DNA of 64,000 bases from the NCBI GenBank assembly GCA_020137815.1, contig CM035356.1:4092001-4156000 (forward strand). The letters run 5' to 3'. Below, one piece after another: positions 35,161 through 48,100 of the stretch (within the stretch, counting starts at the first letter, position 1; each line of letters begins with the position of its first letter). The notes beneath the pieces were generated by a model. That model was not told where the DNA came from. It saw nothing but the letters and a program-made list of their open reading frames with translations, and searched no databases. The DNA is from Hormiphora californensis. Lineage: Eukaryota; Animalia; Ctenophora. The position numbers were made by a program, and so were the translations under genes.

Positions 35161-36725
35161 CAGGGTGTCCCATATATTCTGTGGGTCGGTTGGCCAGCTG
35201 TCACGCAAAAACGGTGATAGTTGTGTGAAAACAGACTACGGGAGTGTGCTGGATTAATTCCTTCCTAACTGATGGCTTTGTTTTGAAATTAAATTTCAAA
35301 AGTTCATTTTTCATGAATGAACATTCCTGTCATTCATTCGTGAATTCTGAAATATTGTTTACCTTGAGTAAAAAACTTTTCTTTGGCTCGAAATTATCTT
35401 TCCAATGAGCACCATAAAAATCAAATTGAAGCACCGGGTCGCATGGCAGGTGAGAAAATGCAAATGCATGATTTTGGCCATTCCTGCGACTTTCAATCAG
35501 CTGTATCACCGCTACTTTTTGTTCAATCCTTTTAAAAGTTTGGGTGAACATCGGTGAAGATAAGATCTTTGCTCACAAGAAAAATCAAGGTCAAAACTCA
35601 AAGTTCATTTTTCATTTTTGGTAGTTCATTCCACTCATTCAGGAACAAACATCCCTAAAGTGACGAAAAGGTTTGGGTTTTGTTTGGCCCATGTCCTGAA
35701 ACGACAGAGAGGTGTAAAAAAGTGTTTCTGGGCTAGTTAGTGGGTGTCCATGTGATCATTATGATATCTGACACCTTTGCTGAGCCATAATTAAGAGATT
35801 TTCTCAAATTCAAACATGGGATACGAGTATTCTGCGATTGGTATCGTGCACCAATAACAAGAGATCCCATAGCACCTCAAAAATTATGATTAGCTAAATG
35901 AGATGAGTTGATTTACGATTGAAAAGATTAAAACCAATGTAAAGTCGCACTAAACGAACATTTTCAATCGTAAATCAACTCATCTCATTTAGCTAATCAT
36001 AATTTTTGAGGTGCTATGGGATCTCTTGTTATTGGTGCACGATACCAATCGCAGAATACTCGTATCCCATGTTTGAATTTGAGAAAATCTCTTAATTATG
36101 GCTCAGCAAAGGTGTCAGATATCATAATGATCACATGGACACCCACTAACTAGCCCAGAAACACTTTTTTACACCTCTCTGTCGTTTCAGGACATGGGCC
36201 AAACAAAACCCAAACCTTTTCGTCACTTTAGGGATGTTTGTTCCTGAATGAGTGGAATGAACTACCAAAAATGAAAAATGAACTTTGAGTTTTGAACTTG
36301 ATTTTTCTTGTGAGCAAAGATCTTATCTTCACCGATGTTCACCCATACTTTTAAAAGGATTGAACAAAAAGTAGCGGTGATACAGCTGATTGAAAGTCGC
36401 AGGAATGGCCAAAATCATGCATTTGCATTTTCTCACCTGCCATGCGACCCGGTGCTTCAATTTGATTTTTATGGTGCTCATTGGAAAGATAATTTCGAGC
36501 CAAAGAAAAGTTTTTTACTCAAGGTAAACAATATTTCAGAATTCACGAATGAATGACAGGAATGTTCATTCATGAAAAATGAACTTTTGAAATTTAATTT
36601 CAAAACAAAGCCATCAGTTAGGAAGGAATTAATCCAGCACACTCCCGTAGTCTGTTTTCACACAACTATCACCGTTTTTGCGTGACAGCTCGCCAACCGA
36701 CCCACAGAATATATGGGACACCCTG
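35161..36725. mobile_element. 1565-bp foldback non-autonomous DNA transposon with Tc1/mariner-like ends
   Basis: Arms 35161-35925 and 35961-36725 are near-perfect reverse complements with a 35-bp spacer. Termini CAGGGTGTCCCA; TA on the right flank only. Confidence 0.85.
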
Positions 36726-37205
36726 TAGATAGATTGCAGTGTGAGAAAGTGGCCGAGAAGACTGCGGGGCGGCAGCCTGTTGTAAGCTGAGAGATAGAGA
36801 TAGAGAGAGAAATAAAGAGAAAGAACGAGAAAGACAACTATATAGCAGGGAGTATAGCTGAATATTCGACTGTGATTATAGATCGAAAAACCCATTACAA
36901 TTGTTCTTACAAGTAGTAGTATGCAGATAGAATTGTTAAACTAATTCTATTAAGATTATAAAGGCTATATAGCTGGCCTGTGATTCTGCCAGCCCATTAG
37001 TTCTAAAAGACTGACAGACATACTACAATGCTAAAGCGAAGTCATCTCATTCTATATCAGTCAAATAGCATCTCTCATGTACAGAGCTACCTGTTATAGC
37101 ACTCACACAAATGTGCCTTATTTGATAACAAGGGAGCAAGCAGCTGACGAGTCGGCACATGGGTCTATAGCAGAATTGGAGTTGAATAGACGCATAACTG
37201 TTATG

Positions 37206-37292
37206 CACCATGCAACTAGCGGACTGTGGAACACAGTGGATTTGTTATGATAACAAATCCACTGTGTTCCACAGTCCGCTAGTTGCATGGTG
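37206..37292. repeat. Perfect 87-bp palindrome (43-bp arms, 1-nt loop)
   Basis: caccatgcaactagcggactgtggaacacagtggatttgttat-g-ataacaaatccactgtgttccacagtccgctagttgcatggtg. Confidence 0.95.
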
Positions 37293-38250
37293 TGGTACAA
37301 CAAATAACTTGGTCGGTCCAAATAAGAAAGAAGGCCATGGTGCAGGTGATGCAGTTTTTGTGTGTGTATTGTGGCGAGCAGTGAAGCGTTTAAAAACTTA
37401 TCAAACTTCATGTTCACGTGTAAATCGAAGAGCGTTTTAGTTTTATCACTTTCTACCTCTATCTCACTTTCTCCTCTCTATCTCTCTCTCTCTCTCCCCT
37501 CTCTATCTCTCTTTCTCTCTCCCCCTCTCGCTCTATGAATCTTCACATTCACAATCACTGTACTGCACACGTACTTTTGCACGCTAACAACAAACCACAC
37601 GGCACTCTCACAGTCTCAAGACAAAAAATTTCAAGAAGGAGCTGGGGACGCAAGAAAAAAAACTGAAGGGGTAAACTGAAAGTGGGACAGCAAAACGTAA
37701 AAAAAACTTCATTTAATTCATGCGCACAGTCACTATTAGAATTAAGACATCGCACAGTAGAACCGAGCCAAACAAAAGCTCCACTCCTATTAACTTTCAG
37801 TTGAGAGTAAAATATCGTTATGTTATCAAACCACAACACTAACCACAATACTCTGAAACAACTCGAATTTGCATAAAATGCATGTTGTGTGTAAAGGGGG
37901 TGGGATACTCGGCAATAAAATTCAAGTCTAGTTCAGGATCAAGCAGGGGGCTTATCTAAATCAGTTTAAAGTGTAGAGATTGTAGATCAGCAACACCGTA
38001 TCCTTTTTTATTCGGGTCGGGTTAGTCATGAGAAAGAACGCAGCATTTATAACAACCCCAAAGGAAAGATATCCATTTCTCTCTCAATGAGAATAATTAT
38101 TAGCAAATACAAAACAGTTGGATGAATCCAAACTCATGATACACTTACAGTCTGTGTGCATGAGAGGGAGAGAGAGAGAGGAGGCCGGGGGAAAGAGAGA
38201 AGAGAGAGAGAGGAGGCCGGGGGAAAGAGAGAAGAGAGGATATTTTCTAG

Positions 38251-40261
38251 GTGTCAGATTCCCCTTAGGCCTTTTTCTCATATTGAGGAGTCCACTAGAA
38301 GATGTAACTATTTAGGTTGCTATGGCAACCAAGGGATGGAAGAGTTTGGGAAACTTAGAAAGCTTTCCCGGTTCACAGAGGGGCCTTCACCAAATTGGAT
38401 TTTCACTGCGAGATGTGTTGTCTGTTGAGTCAGTGTTGACGCAATGTTTGTGCTGGCGTGGTCCTCAATTATTTTCATTGCACGTGGCAGCATCAGATAA
38501 TTTTCCTCCCTACCCATCATGTTTCTCTCCCCACACTGCAATTAGGAGAATACCACCTGGTTCCACTGGGGGACGGGAGATTCTCTAACTCAGAGTTCCA
38601 AAATGAGCATTCCTCCTTCTGGCGCTCTCCTCTCCCCTGGTGGTAGTACAATCTATACCCAACCCAAGAACCCTATAATAGCCCAGCCATCTCCGAAATT
38701 ACCCAAAAATCTAATCCCTATTCATTTTTCAGGAGAATCATGCCACACGACACGCTCATGTCCTATCATTGAAGTCCTCTAGCCAACTTCATCTTGTTCA
38801 TCGACCCCCTTGCATTGTCGTTGAACATATCGATTCCAGCGAGTAAGAGTGTGGGAGAATATGAGAGACGAGAGTCGAAAAGCATAGGGTGAACTTTAAG
38901 AAGAGAAGGGACAAAGTGATGATGTAAGAGAGAGATAGGGTCAGTAGTGAACTCTATGGCAGATCCCGCAGAACGATCCTACTGCAAATGCCCCCATCTC
39001 AGACAACCGTAGGTCGTGCTGGCCCTCCAGTTGTTTCACGTCCTTTAGTATGAGATCCTGGGTTTGGCAGGTTGGAGGATACATGTAGGGATACCAGTTA
39101 GATGGATTTGGTTGCATTATATGTTATGGACTTTTAACAAACTTTTCTTTTACATGAAATTACCCTTGTATCATTATGTCAATTAGGGCATTCCCACCTC
39201 CGAGGGCTTGGAAAATTTCATGTATCCGTCCCAAATCGTCCCGGTTTAGGATTCGGCCCCTCTTAATCCGAATTGAGGGAATAAATTTCATATTGTTCTA
39301 GGTCATGCAGAACCCACACAAACTCCCCCTCCTGCGAGATCTGAACCTACTCCGTTTCAGGGCCGATGGTACTGTGTCGTATGCTGCGGGAGACACATAT
39401 ATGGACGACTACTGGGGGACCTTTGCTCTTCTCGGTTTCTCTCTCCCGTCGTCTGTGTATCTTTCACTCTGCAAACAGTGGAGTGACGGTAGGAGAATGG
39501 GAAATAGTTCATTATTTTTATTTTGTTGTTAGATTCCCTCGAAAAGATAGTACAATTTCTCCACTCGAGAGCAAACAGATTGGTGAGAGTGTGGTGTTAA
39601 AGTGAGTGGAGAGAGACAAGGAATAACGTTGGGGCGACAATTGAGAGAGAGAGATGGATTTTAGAAATTGTTTTGTCGTTTGTTTACTTTATAGAATCAT
39701 GGGTATTGACAATCTTCCTGTACCACGGTTTTGATGAGACAAGTTCTAGGTGGGACATGTGGCGATTTTGAGATCGGTTTGGTTCATGGTACATCAACAA
39801 ATTGGTCGATGTGTGGGACCAGTCCCAGTCGCGGTTTGTCTTTTGCTTATTTTTTCAATTAAACCTATTTCACCAGAACCCGGAATAAATTTCTAAAATG
39901 TGGTTTATTAACTTGATCGTGGAAGGCACACGACAACTTGTTTGCGTTTAAGCGGAATATTTTAGAGATAAAGGGGTTGGGGACTGGAATAGACCCTGTA
40001 TTCGAAGTTTGGGTTGAACATTATAACATCTAGGGGATAAGCTGTACCCAACCGAACTCCCATCCTTCCAGGGTATCCGAATAACCCTACTCTCCTTTTC
40101 AGGGCCTGATGGTACTGATTGTCAGTACTGCTCTAGCCGTGGTGACCTCATTTATGTATGGACGGGTCAACTGCACCTCTGCTCTTCTCGCTCTACCCCT
40201 CATTGCATGGCATGTGTATCTTGTCTATCTCGTGGCGAAAATAATTGAAATCAACGGTTAG
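38251..40261 (+). pseudogene. TSPO/MBR-like membrane protein gene, damaged or mis-assembled; only the last exon (40103-40261) is intact
   Basis: The last exon GLMVLIVSTALAVVTSFMYGRVNCTSALLALPLIAWHVYLVYLVAKIIEING* resembles TspO TM4-5. Fragments near 38330-38495 (KLRK...PNWIF; AWSSIIFIARG) resemble TspO motifs. A garbled copy of the last exon lies at ~39360-39480. Confidence 0.45.
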
Positions 40262-40337
40262 GACGTGGGACAAAGTTTCATTTTTATGTGGACATTTTAC
40301 CTTGTTAGATGCAGAAAGAAAGATAGAGAGACAATGG

Positions 40338-40428
<91 letters not shown>

Positions 40429-41103
40429 TGGCTTTGTTTTTTGTCGCATGAACCACATCGAATGCTGTAGAAACTCTTTGTTTTTTATTTAGACCCAGAT
40501 AATCAGATATCGGTAGACGGTATGGTGTCATGGTCGCCTAACATTTTGTCATTGTGTGCATCCACGTCCCAGGGCCGACGTGGCACGTTGTGTCTTTCAC
40601 TTTTAGTTTGTTGAGTAATTCTATAATATGCTATAACCCCTCATATTATCTTGTGTAGTTGTATTTTATGCGTGGCCCGGGGCCCCCGACTAGTGACTAT
40701 GCCAATTGCCAGATCAATTTTAAAGCACTGCCAGATGTGATAGATAGTTGAGTAAAGGAAGTAAACATTCCAAAAGACGTGTTTTCAAATTGTTGTAAAA
40801 ATGTGAGATTTGAGTTTGACAAATAATTTTGATTTCAATAAGTTAATAAAATCTCTTTTACCAATTAAAACCTCTCTCTCCTATTCTGTACGACCATAAA
40901 AAGATAGGGGAAGTCTCTGAATACCCGAAAACCCCTGGCCCTGCCTGTGGCCCTAGCAACTGGGGGCCGGTTCAAAAAAACAAACGCGCAGACAAGCATG
41001 AAGGGTGCCAACTGCTGACAATGACGCGCATCTCAACTTTACATACTTCTCTACTTCTAAAAACTAGCAATACTGTTCTGTAATTCCCACGGCCAAATGT
41101 CGA

Positions 41104-41672
41104 CTACGAGACCCCTATCTTTCTGGCATCCAATTCGCTCACTTTCCCTAACGTCTTGAGTCCCTTGACAATTTCCTGATTCTCTTCATTTCCATCAAGA
41201 AGCATTCGAAGAGCAAAGATGCTCCACTCCATTATGTAGGGGTTGTTCCCGTCTAGGATGCAGTGAGACAATATCGTCTGGATACCACCTAGATGGCCGT
41301 ACCTTATCCTGAAACGAGGGAGGGGGTTAGTTTTCTGTTTTAACTGTGACAAAATTCCAACAGGTCGTTTAAAAACGGTACGGTCGGTTCAGGGTTTTGT
41401 GAGGGGGCGGAGTAAGCTTTTCAACAAGACAAAGCCCAAGACAAATTACTGCGGTGGGCCCTGCAAAGAGAAAGAGATAGAGAAAGAGAGGGAGAAAGAT
41501 ATGAAGAAAGAGAGGGAGATATAGACTAGATACCAATCTATTCCATACCTGATGATTTTTTCTTTTGCAGCACATATGGAAATGATACGAATCAGCTCTT
41601 TCCGTATTGCAAACTTACCACCTTCGGGCCCTGCCTGGGATTAATTTTACAATTAGAAATTAATTTTACAAT

Positions 41673-41770
<98 letters not shown>

Positions 41771-42050
41771 ACTTTTAAACTGACTAACACTAACAGCAGC
41801 GTGAACGATGTTACAGTAAGTGCCTGACATCAACTTCCTGATAGGATCGAAGAGGCTTCACCTATGATGTAGGCGTGCTGTGCTCAGCTTGGCATTGTTC
41901 CAGCAAAGATGAAATCTCAAGTCTCAATCTTATTTTGCAGCTGTTTTGATTTTCTGGGTGATGGTTATTACAAATTTGATTTTCTTATAATTGCAAGATT
42001 TTGGGATGATCCAACAAGATACGTGCGGTTGTTTTAATTACATCTCTCTC

Positions 42051-42118
<68 letters not shown>

Positions 42119-45100
42119 AATCTTTCTCTCTCTTTCTCTTAATCTTTCTATCTCACCCACTCCGATCCCTATCTTTCGATCTCTCTACCCTCTCATTACA
42201 ATCTGTACAGTTATTATAGGAAGAGAGAAGGCTTGTTTCTATATTGTGTTGTGTACTATAGAGAATCTCTAGTAGAGAGACGCCAGTATCGTGCTGCTCT
42301 CGGATGAGGTACGACTGATTCTATACTAGTGTTCTTTTTGGCCGGAAACTAACAAAACCGCAACAACAATAACCTGGTTCTAAACTAGTTCTGACTTCTA
42401 GCAGTTATCTTGGTCCTGGTTATAGTTGGGTTGTTGGCAAAGTTTCAGGTTTTTTATATTGCTGTTCTTAATTTACCAGCACTGTGATATTATATGTGAA
42501 GATGCTTGCACTGTTTTTCAAAAAGTAGTATAAAAGAGAAAAGGAAGCTGTTTTACCCGGACTGCTTCATTTCGCTGTCTCTAAGAGAAAAGGTTTAGTG
42601 CATTAATTACAAATTATCCTGACATTTGCATTTCCTGAATATTTATTTTGTATTTTAAATATGAATTATGAAACTATTAAAGATCTTGGATTTTAAATAA
42701 TTCAAATTGTGGTTTTAGGCCTTATTACTTTTATTCTAAATTCACCTTTGAACGTTTAACGAATTATGAAATTACGAACCTATCTTAAATGTTCCTAGAT
42801 ATTAAACCTACATCTCTTCATCACTATCCTAGCCATTATACGCCTCATGAATATATCTCTCTTTAGTTTAAATTATATACGATATGTTAGTTTATTATTT
42901 ATAACAACCATTTATTGCAAACATTTTCGATGTGGTGCTCATTCATATTCATTTTGTATCCAGTCAAATATGCAGCTATAAAACGCTGAGTGTAGCTGTT
43001 CATTAGATAATTTGTGTGATTAACCGAGCAATTTATAATTGTCGTGGATCTATGAGCATATCGTGTTAAAGTGCATGCAGTATATAGTTTTTCTGTGACA
43101 GTTTCTCTGCTATCTGCTAATTATACGAGGGAAATTAATTTGTTTTACCCATTCATCACAGTCCATGTATGTACCTCATAACTTTCTTTTATTTAACAAT
43201 AGGTAAGTAGTTAGTAGATATATCAGCGAGTGTGTGTCTGTTCACTGCAGATCATTCATGGAAGTTAATGAGAGTAGTAGGACTATAATTGACAGAGAGG
43301 AGCTCACTTTTGTTGGTAGCATGAGGGATAGTGACTTTGTTCTTTATCTCAATATTATCGATGTAGTTACGGGCCAGGCTCGAGGTAGAAGTAGTCAGAA
43401 ACAAAGTCGGGGTTTACGTGTAAACCAACTTATTTCAATAAATCGTCACATTGGTTACATTGGTGGCTATGAGAAGAAAAAGAAAGGTCTGAGATTTGGT
43501 GAGGAGCGCCATACGGCATATAATATATCCTCATCAGGTAGATGAGGTGGGGAGACTACCTAGCCATGATACGGCCTCATAAATACATTATATTTCTTTT
43601 CATGGTGCCGATATGAGACTGTTCCCGGTTCCGTAAGAAAATGAGGCCTCCTTAAAGGGGCCTTTTCTCATCTCCTCATCACTATACTGGCCATGATACG
43701 GCCTCATAAATATATCTCTCTTTGGTTTACATAAATGATAAACATGTTTCATGTTGCCGATATGAGACCGTTCTATATGCAAATGAGGGAAAGAAGAATA
43801 TCCTGCCGGTAACTGTGGCTCCTTTTGTGCACACACATCTATCGATGTCCAATTACCATTGCTCTACCCTACCTTTGTAGGTAGCGAACCTTAATGACTC
43901 TTTGACGGCGGCTTTTTGACCACGGATAATTGTAAACAACGACGCCCGTAAATATGTTTATTGTCGTTCAATTACTCCCGCTGCGGAATAAAGAAGCAAA
44001 TATTTATGTGAGATATTCTATAGCCTAAATTTGGTTTATCGTTTTAAACCTTTCAATGTCCAATTACCATTGCTCTACCCTACCAGCGAACCTTTGCTAC
44101 TCTTTGACTGAGGCTCTTTGACCACGGATAATCAACTATCATCCTGTCACGCATGCGGCATGGGGACTGCAGCTCTACATACACATTGTGCTACTTTTAT
44201 CATGTGTATGTTTATATACCTCCTCCGCACTGAGTCATTGACTGTCTTTATTCCCTTTCCAGTTTCTCTGCTATAATTTGGAAATGAACGTCGAAGTCGT
44301 TTGTTCAGTGTGTAATGCGTTGGTAAGCAACAGGGATCCTTCATAAAATATTTATATGTACAAATAAGTAAGGCTAATTTTCACTCTGCTGGAAGTTTAT
44401 GAATATTTTCGAGGTTCATTAGGCTCGGTTGGGTTTGTCGGTCATTAGCCCTTTGACAGGGCCCCGGTCTTAAAGCACACCAGATGGGTGCACTTGTAAT
44501 ACATACATATTTAAATGTGCATGCTCATTGCTCGTATTACAATATCATAGGTCGATTATGGATCCTTTTTGTCTTTTGACCTATAATCATATCATACTAC
44601 TTACTAAGCAAATTGTGTGACACATGTCACCTAGCAACTACACTTGCACGTGCAATCATTAGAGGGACCTGGGAGAGACCTCTCTCCCGGTTGCAGTTGG
44701 GTACCAAGGGGAAATTCAATTCTGCACGTGCATTCTTTTACTTCTGTCCTGAATATGTCTAGCTCTTCCACTCCAAGCGCTATTAGGCAACGTTAATCTG
44801 GGTCCAGGAGAACTGCTGCTGTCAGGGAGCAGGCTAGAGAATATGACAGATTACGCCAACGTGTTCAAGCGAGCCAATCAACGACTACTGATAGCTTTAC
44901 CCAACGTCGCCCAAGGGTGATTACTCCAGTCGAATATAGAAATCTCCGAATCGGCTACTTAACGGCCAAGTTTTCACGTGATGAATTTCTGGAACAGCAC
45001 TGCACCTCCATGACATTGATCTCTTAAATTTGCACCTTGACATTGTCAGGATGCCCAGAGCGTACAATAACATGGGTAGGGAGAAAGTGAGAGATAGGCT

Positions 45101-48100
45101 AGGAACGGATGGTGCAGGTGATGTCAGCGTTCCCTAATCAAGCTACCATTTCCCCGAAATTCGCCCGTAGGGTGAACGGGCCTACTAGTATTTTCTACTG
45201 CAGTTTCAGAAAATACCCGACGCACCGTATGCGTAGCGCACGGGTACTAAACTAATACAGTGCACATGTTCAGCACAATCTAGCGCTGTGATTGTTCAAG
45301 CTTGTGTGTCTTCTTACGGTATTTCACCGAAACCGTGTGTTTAATACCGTTTCTCCCACTACAAGCAGCTTTATTACGTCCAAAACCTTATCAGGATGAA
45401 TTTGACAGACGTGGGAGCCCTTGAATCAGCAGACATCTCTATTTCAATCCTCCATATTGTCTTTGTGGTATGGGGCATACCGAGCAATGCCTTCGTTCTC
45501 TACTTCTTTGTGCACCAGAAAAAGAGAAGAAATGGGAACGCCAATTATTTCAGGTACTTTTCACCAAAATCACAACATTACCCCGTACGGAGGGGTTGTA
45601 AAAAACAGCACTCATTTCTATGACCCAAACAAGTGATGACCAACTCCATTCCAATTTCAGGACTATCTACATATTGATTGCGATTGTGGACTGTTTGATC
45701 CTGGCGACTGTCTTTCCTGTCATACAAGTCCTTATGAACGGAAGGGACGAGGGTGTCTTTGCGAATGAGATATTCTGTACCATTTGGGGGATGGTATGGC
45801 AGGTAAGATATGACAGCCACTTGTGTACGGTGTCTCTTTCCCTCTCTTCCAATTCTATAGTTTCTCGTATGCTTTCTGGTAAACTTTAGCCTTTGGGGTG
45901 CACCGTACTCAACTTTTCCTCTTTTTTGACCTAGTTTCGAAACTGTTCTCTAACTTTTAATTCACCCTTCTCCTCCTCCCTCAGATCCTTCCAGAGATGA
46001 CTGTGTTTCTTGTTGCCCACATGAGCATATCTCGTCTTGTTCTCCTCATTTTCCCTCAACACATCCTCTCTCGCTACCTCTCCTGGTTGTGCCCCCTCCT
46101 ATATCTCCTCTTCAACACCGCCCTTAAAATGATCCTATTTCTCACTGGAAAAGTTGAATATGGGTTCCTATTCCGGGTAGGGATGTGTAAGCCGAAGGCC
46201 CCTCTTTCAACCACCATTGCTGAGCCCATTTTAGCCAGTGAATGGAGATGGGAGATAATTCTTAGAATCTCAAGTTGCATTCAGGCTGGCATGACTGTTC
46301 TTCCCATCTCCCTTTCATTTCTCGCCACCCTGTTTCTTCTCTGGAGACACAACAGAAAAGTGGACCGTATCAGCACCGTTAAACACACCTCCAATTCTGC
46401 GATTGTAACGGTAATCCTACTGACACTAATCTATATAATTGTGAACATTCCAAACTTTGCCTACCAAATACTACTCATTAAAATGGTGGTAACCGTCCAA
46501 CCTGGAACTGACACTATCGCAGAAATTTTAGGAATTGCAGCTGAAATTTTCAACACTCGTCTTTCGTATTCCTATCTTTGGATTCTCACTTACACTTTTT
46601 CAACTTCACTAAATTCGGCTGCAAATCCGTTGGTATACTTTTACAGGATAAAATCTTTTAGAAAGTTTTCCAGTGGTGTCTTCTCATTGAGCTCAATGTC
46701 ACGAAATGGGACGACAGAGAGGAGTAATAACCCGGCAATCACCACCGGTGTTTCGTAATTAGGGTAATTGGTGATCAGGCAGAATTGCATAATAATCTGC
46801 TGGTACTGCACTTCAGCCGTGTTTTAAATTTTCATCTTCTTCGAAATTATTCCTTGTGTCATTTGATATGTAAAATTTCCCAAAATCATCTTATCTCATC
46901 TCTTTTAAAATCTCTACTTATTTGTTCAACAGCTATATAATAACATACCTCGTATTTCTCCCGATCAAATTTGATCGGTTCAACGGAGTTGATCTCATTT
47001 AAAATCTTCACCGCACACTCCAGAAAGGGGGTGTTGGCTGCAATACGGTCGTACTGCTCAAAGAGACCAGTAACATCAGCCAACATGTGTAGAATCCTAA
47101 CTGTAACAGCAGCACCCTCATCTACCTCTTTACCTGTCACGGGAATGGGTGTTTATTATTGATAATATTAGAATGTACTATTAGGAGGTGGGACATGGTA
47201 TTGATAACAAAGTGAGGTGACGGGGAATGGGAGGGGTGTGTGTTATTACTAGGCAGAATGGGAGAATTAGCAAAACCATAAGTGTTTAGTATTGATCATG
47301 TTATTAGGTGAGACATGGTATTAATATTTGTTAATCATCAACTATCTTGGGTAGAGCAGAGTGAAATTATTTTCATACCACACATGTGTAAATTGTGATT
47401 TCAACTAACCGGTAGCCATGTCAATAATATGTTGTCTGTTTTGCGCCATGGTTTTTGCAAGAAACAGGAGTGCTGTTACAGGAACTGCACTCTCGATTTC
47501 TCCAAACAGCTCTTTTTTCATTGGCGTTGGTGATGTTGTAATCTTTTCTTCTAAAATCTCTGAAATGAACATACATCACGGATTTGAGCATTCGACGGAT
47601 AAAGTACAACACAGCCAAAAATTATCCATAATAATTAAGTAATTAACTAAAGCACATAACTATACTAACCCAAGAGGGTAAGGAGTTGGGGACTTCCTTC
47701 ACAGATATCATACACCTGAATGAACCTCTCCGCACAAATGAGTCCTTCAATGAACAACTGAGCCCACTCCAGGCAGTTGGGTTGCTCACAAAGCCCAACA
47801 CCACTACGAATAATCGCCTTCCCCTCATCAGTTGAAATTAGTTGCTGTGGAGGGTGATAATAATAGAGGGGAACCCTCGAAAAACGACGGATCGAGTTAG
47901 GACGCGTTGGGGTCAAGGAGCATGACGTGTAGATTACAGAGAATCGAGGGAGATGGAAATGGGTCGAGAAAATCGGGGTCGAGGGAATATGTTAAAGGGA
48001 AGGGGGTAATACCTGTAAAGACTGGCTACCATTCCAAGCAGTACAATTGAACAGCACAGAGCACACATAGTTTCTGCTTTGTTTATCGATCCCATCAATA

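Noticed and set aside
35330-36556. Twin 73-aa ORFs on opposite strands (also the twin ORFs at 62951-63703)
   Set aside because: Mirror images caused by the palindromes; no transposase motifs.
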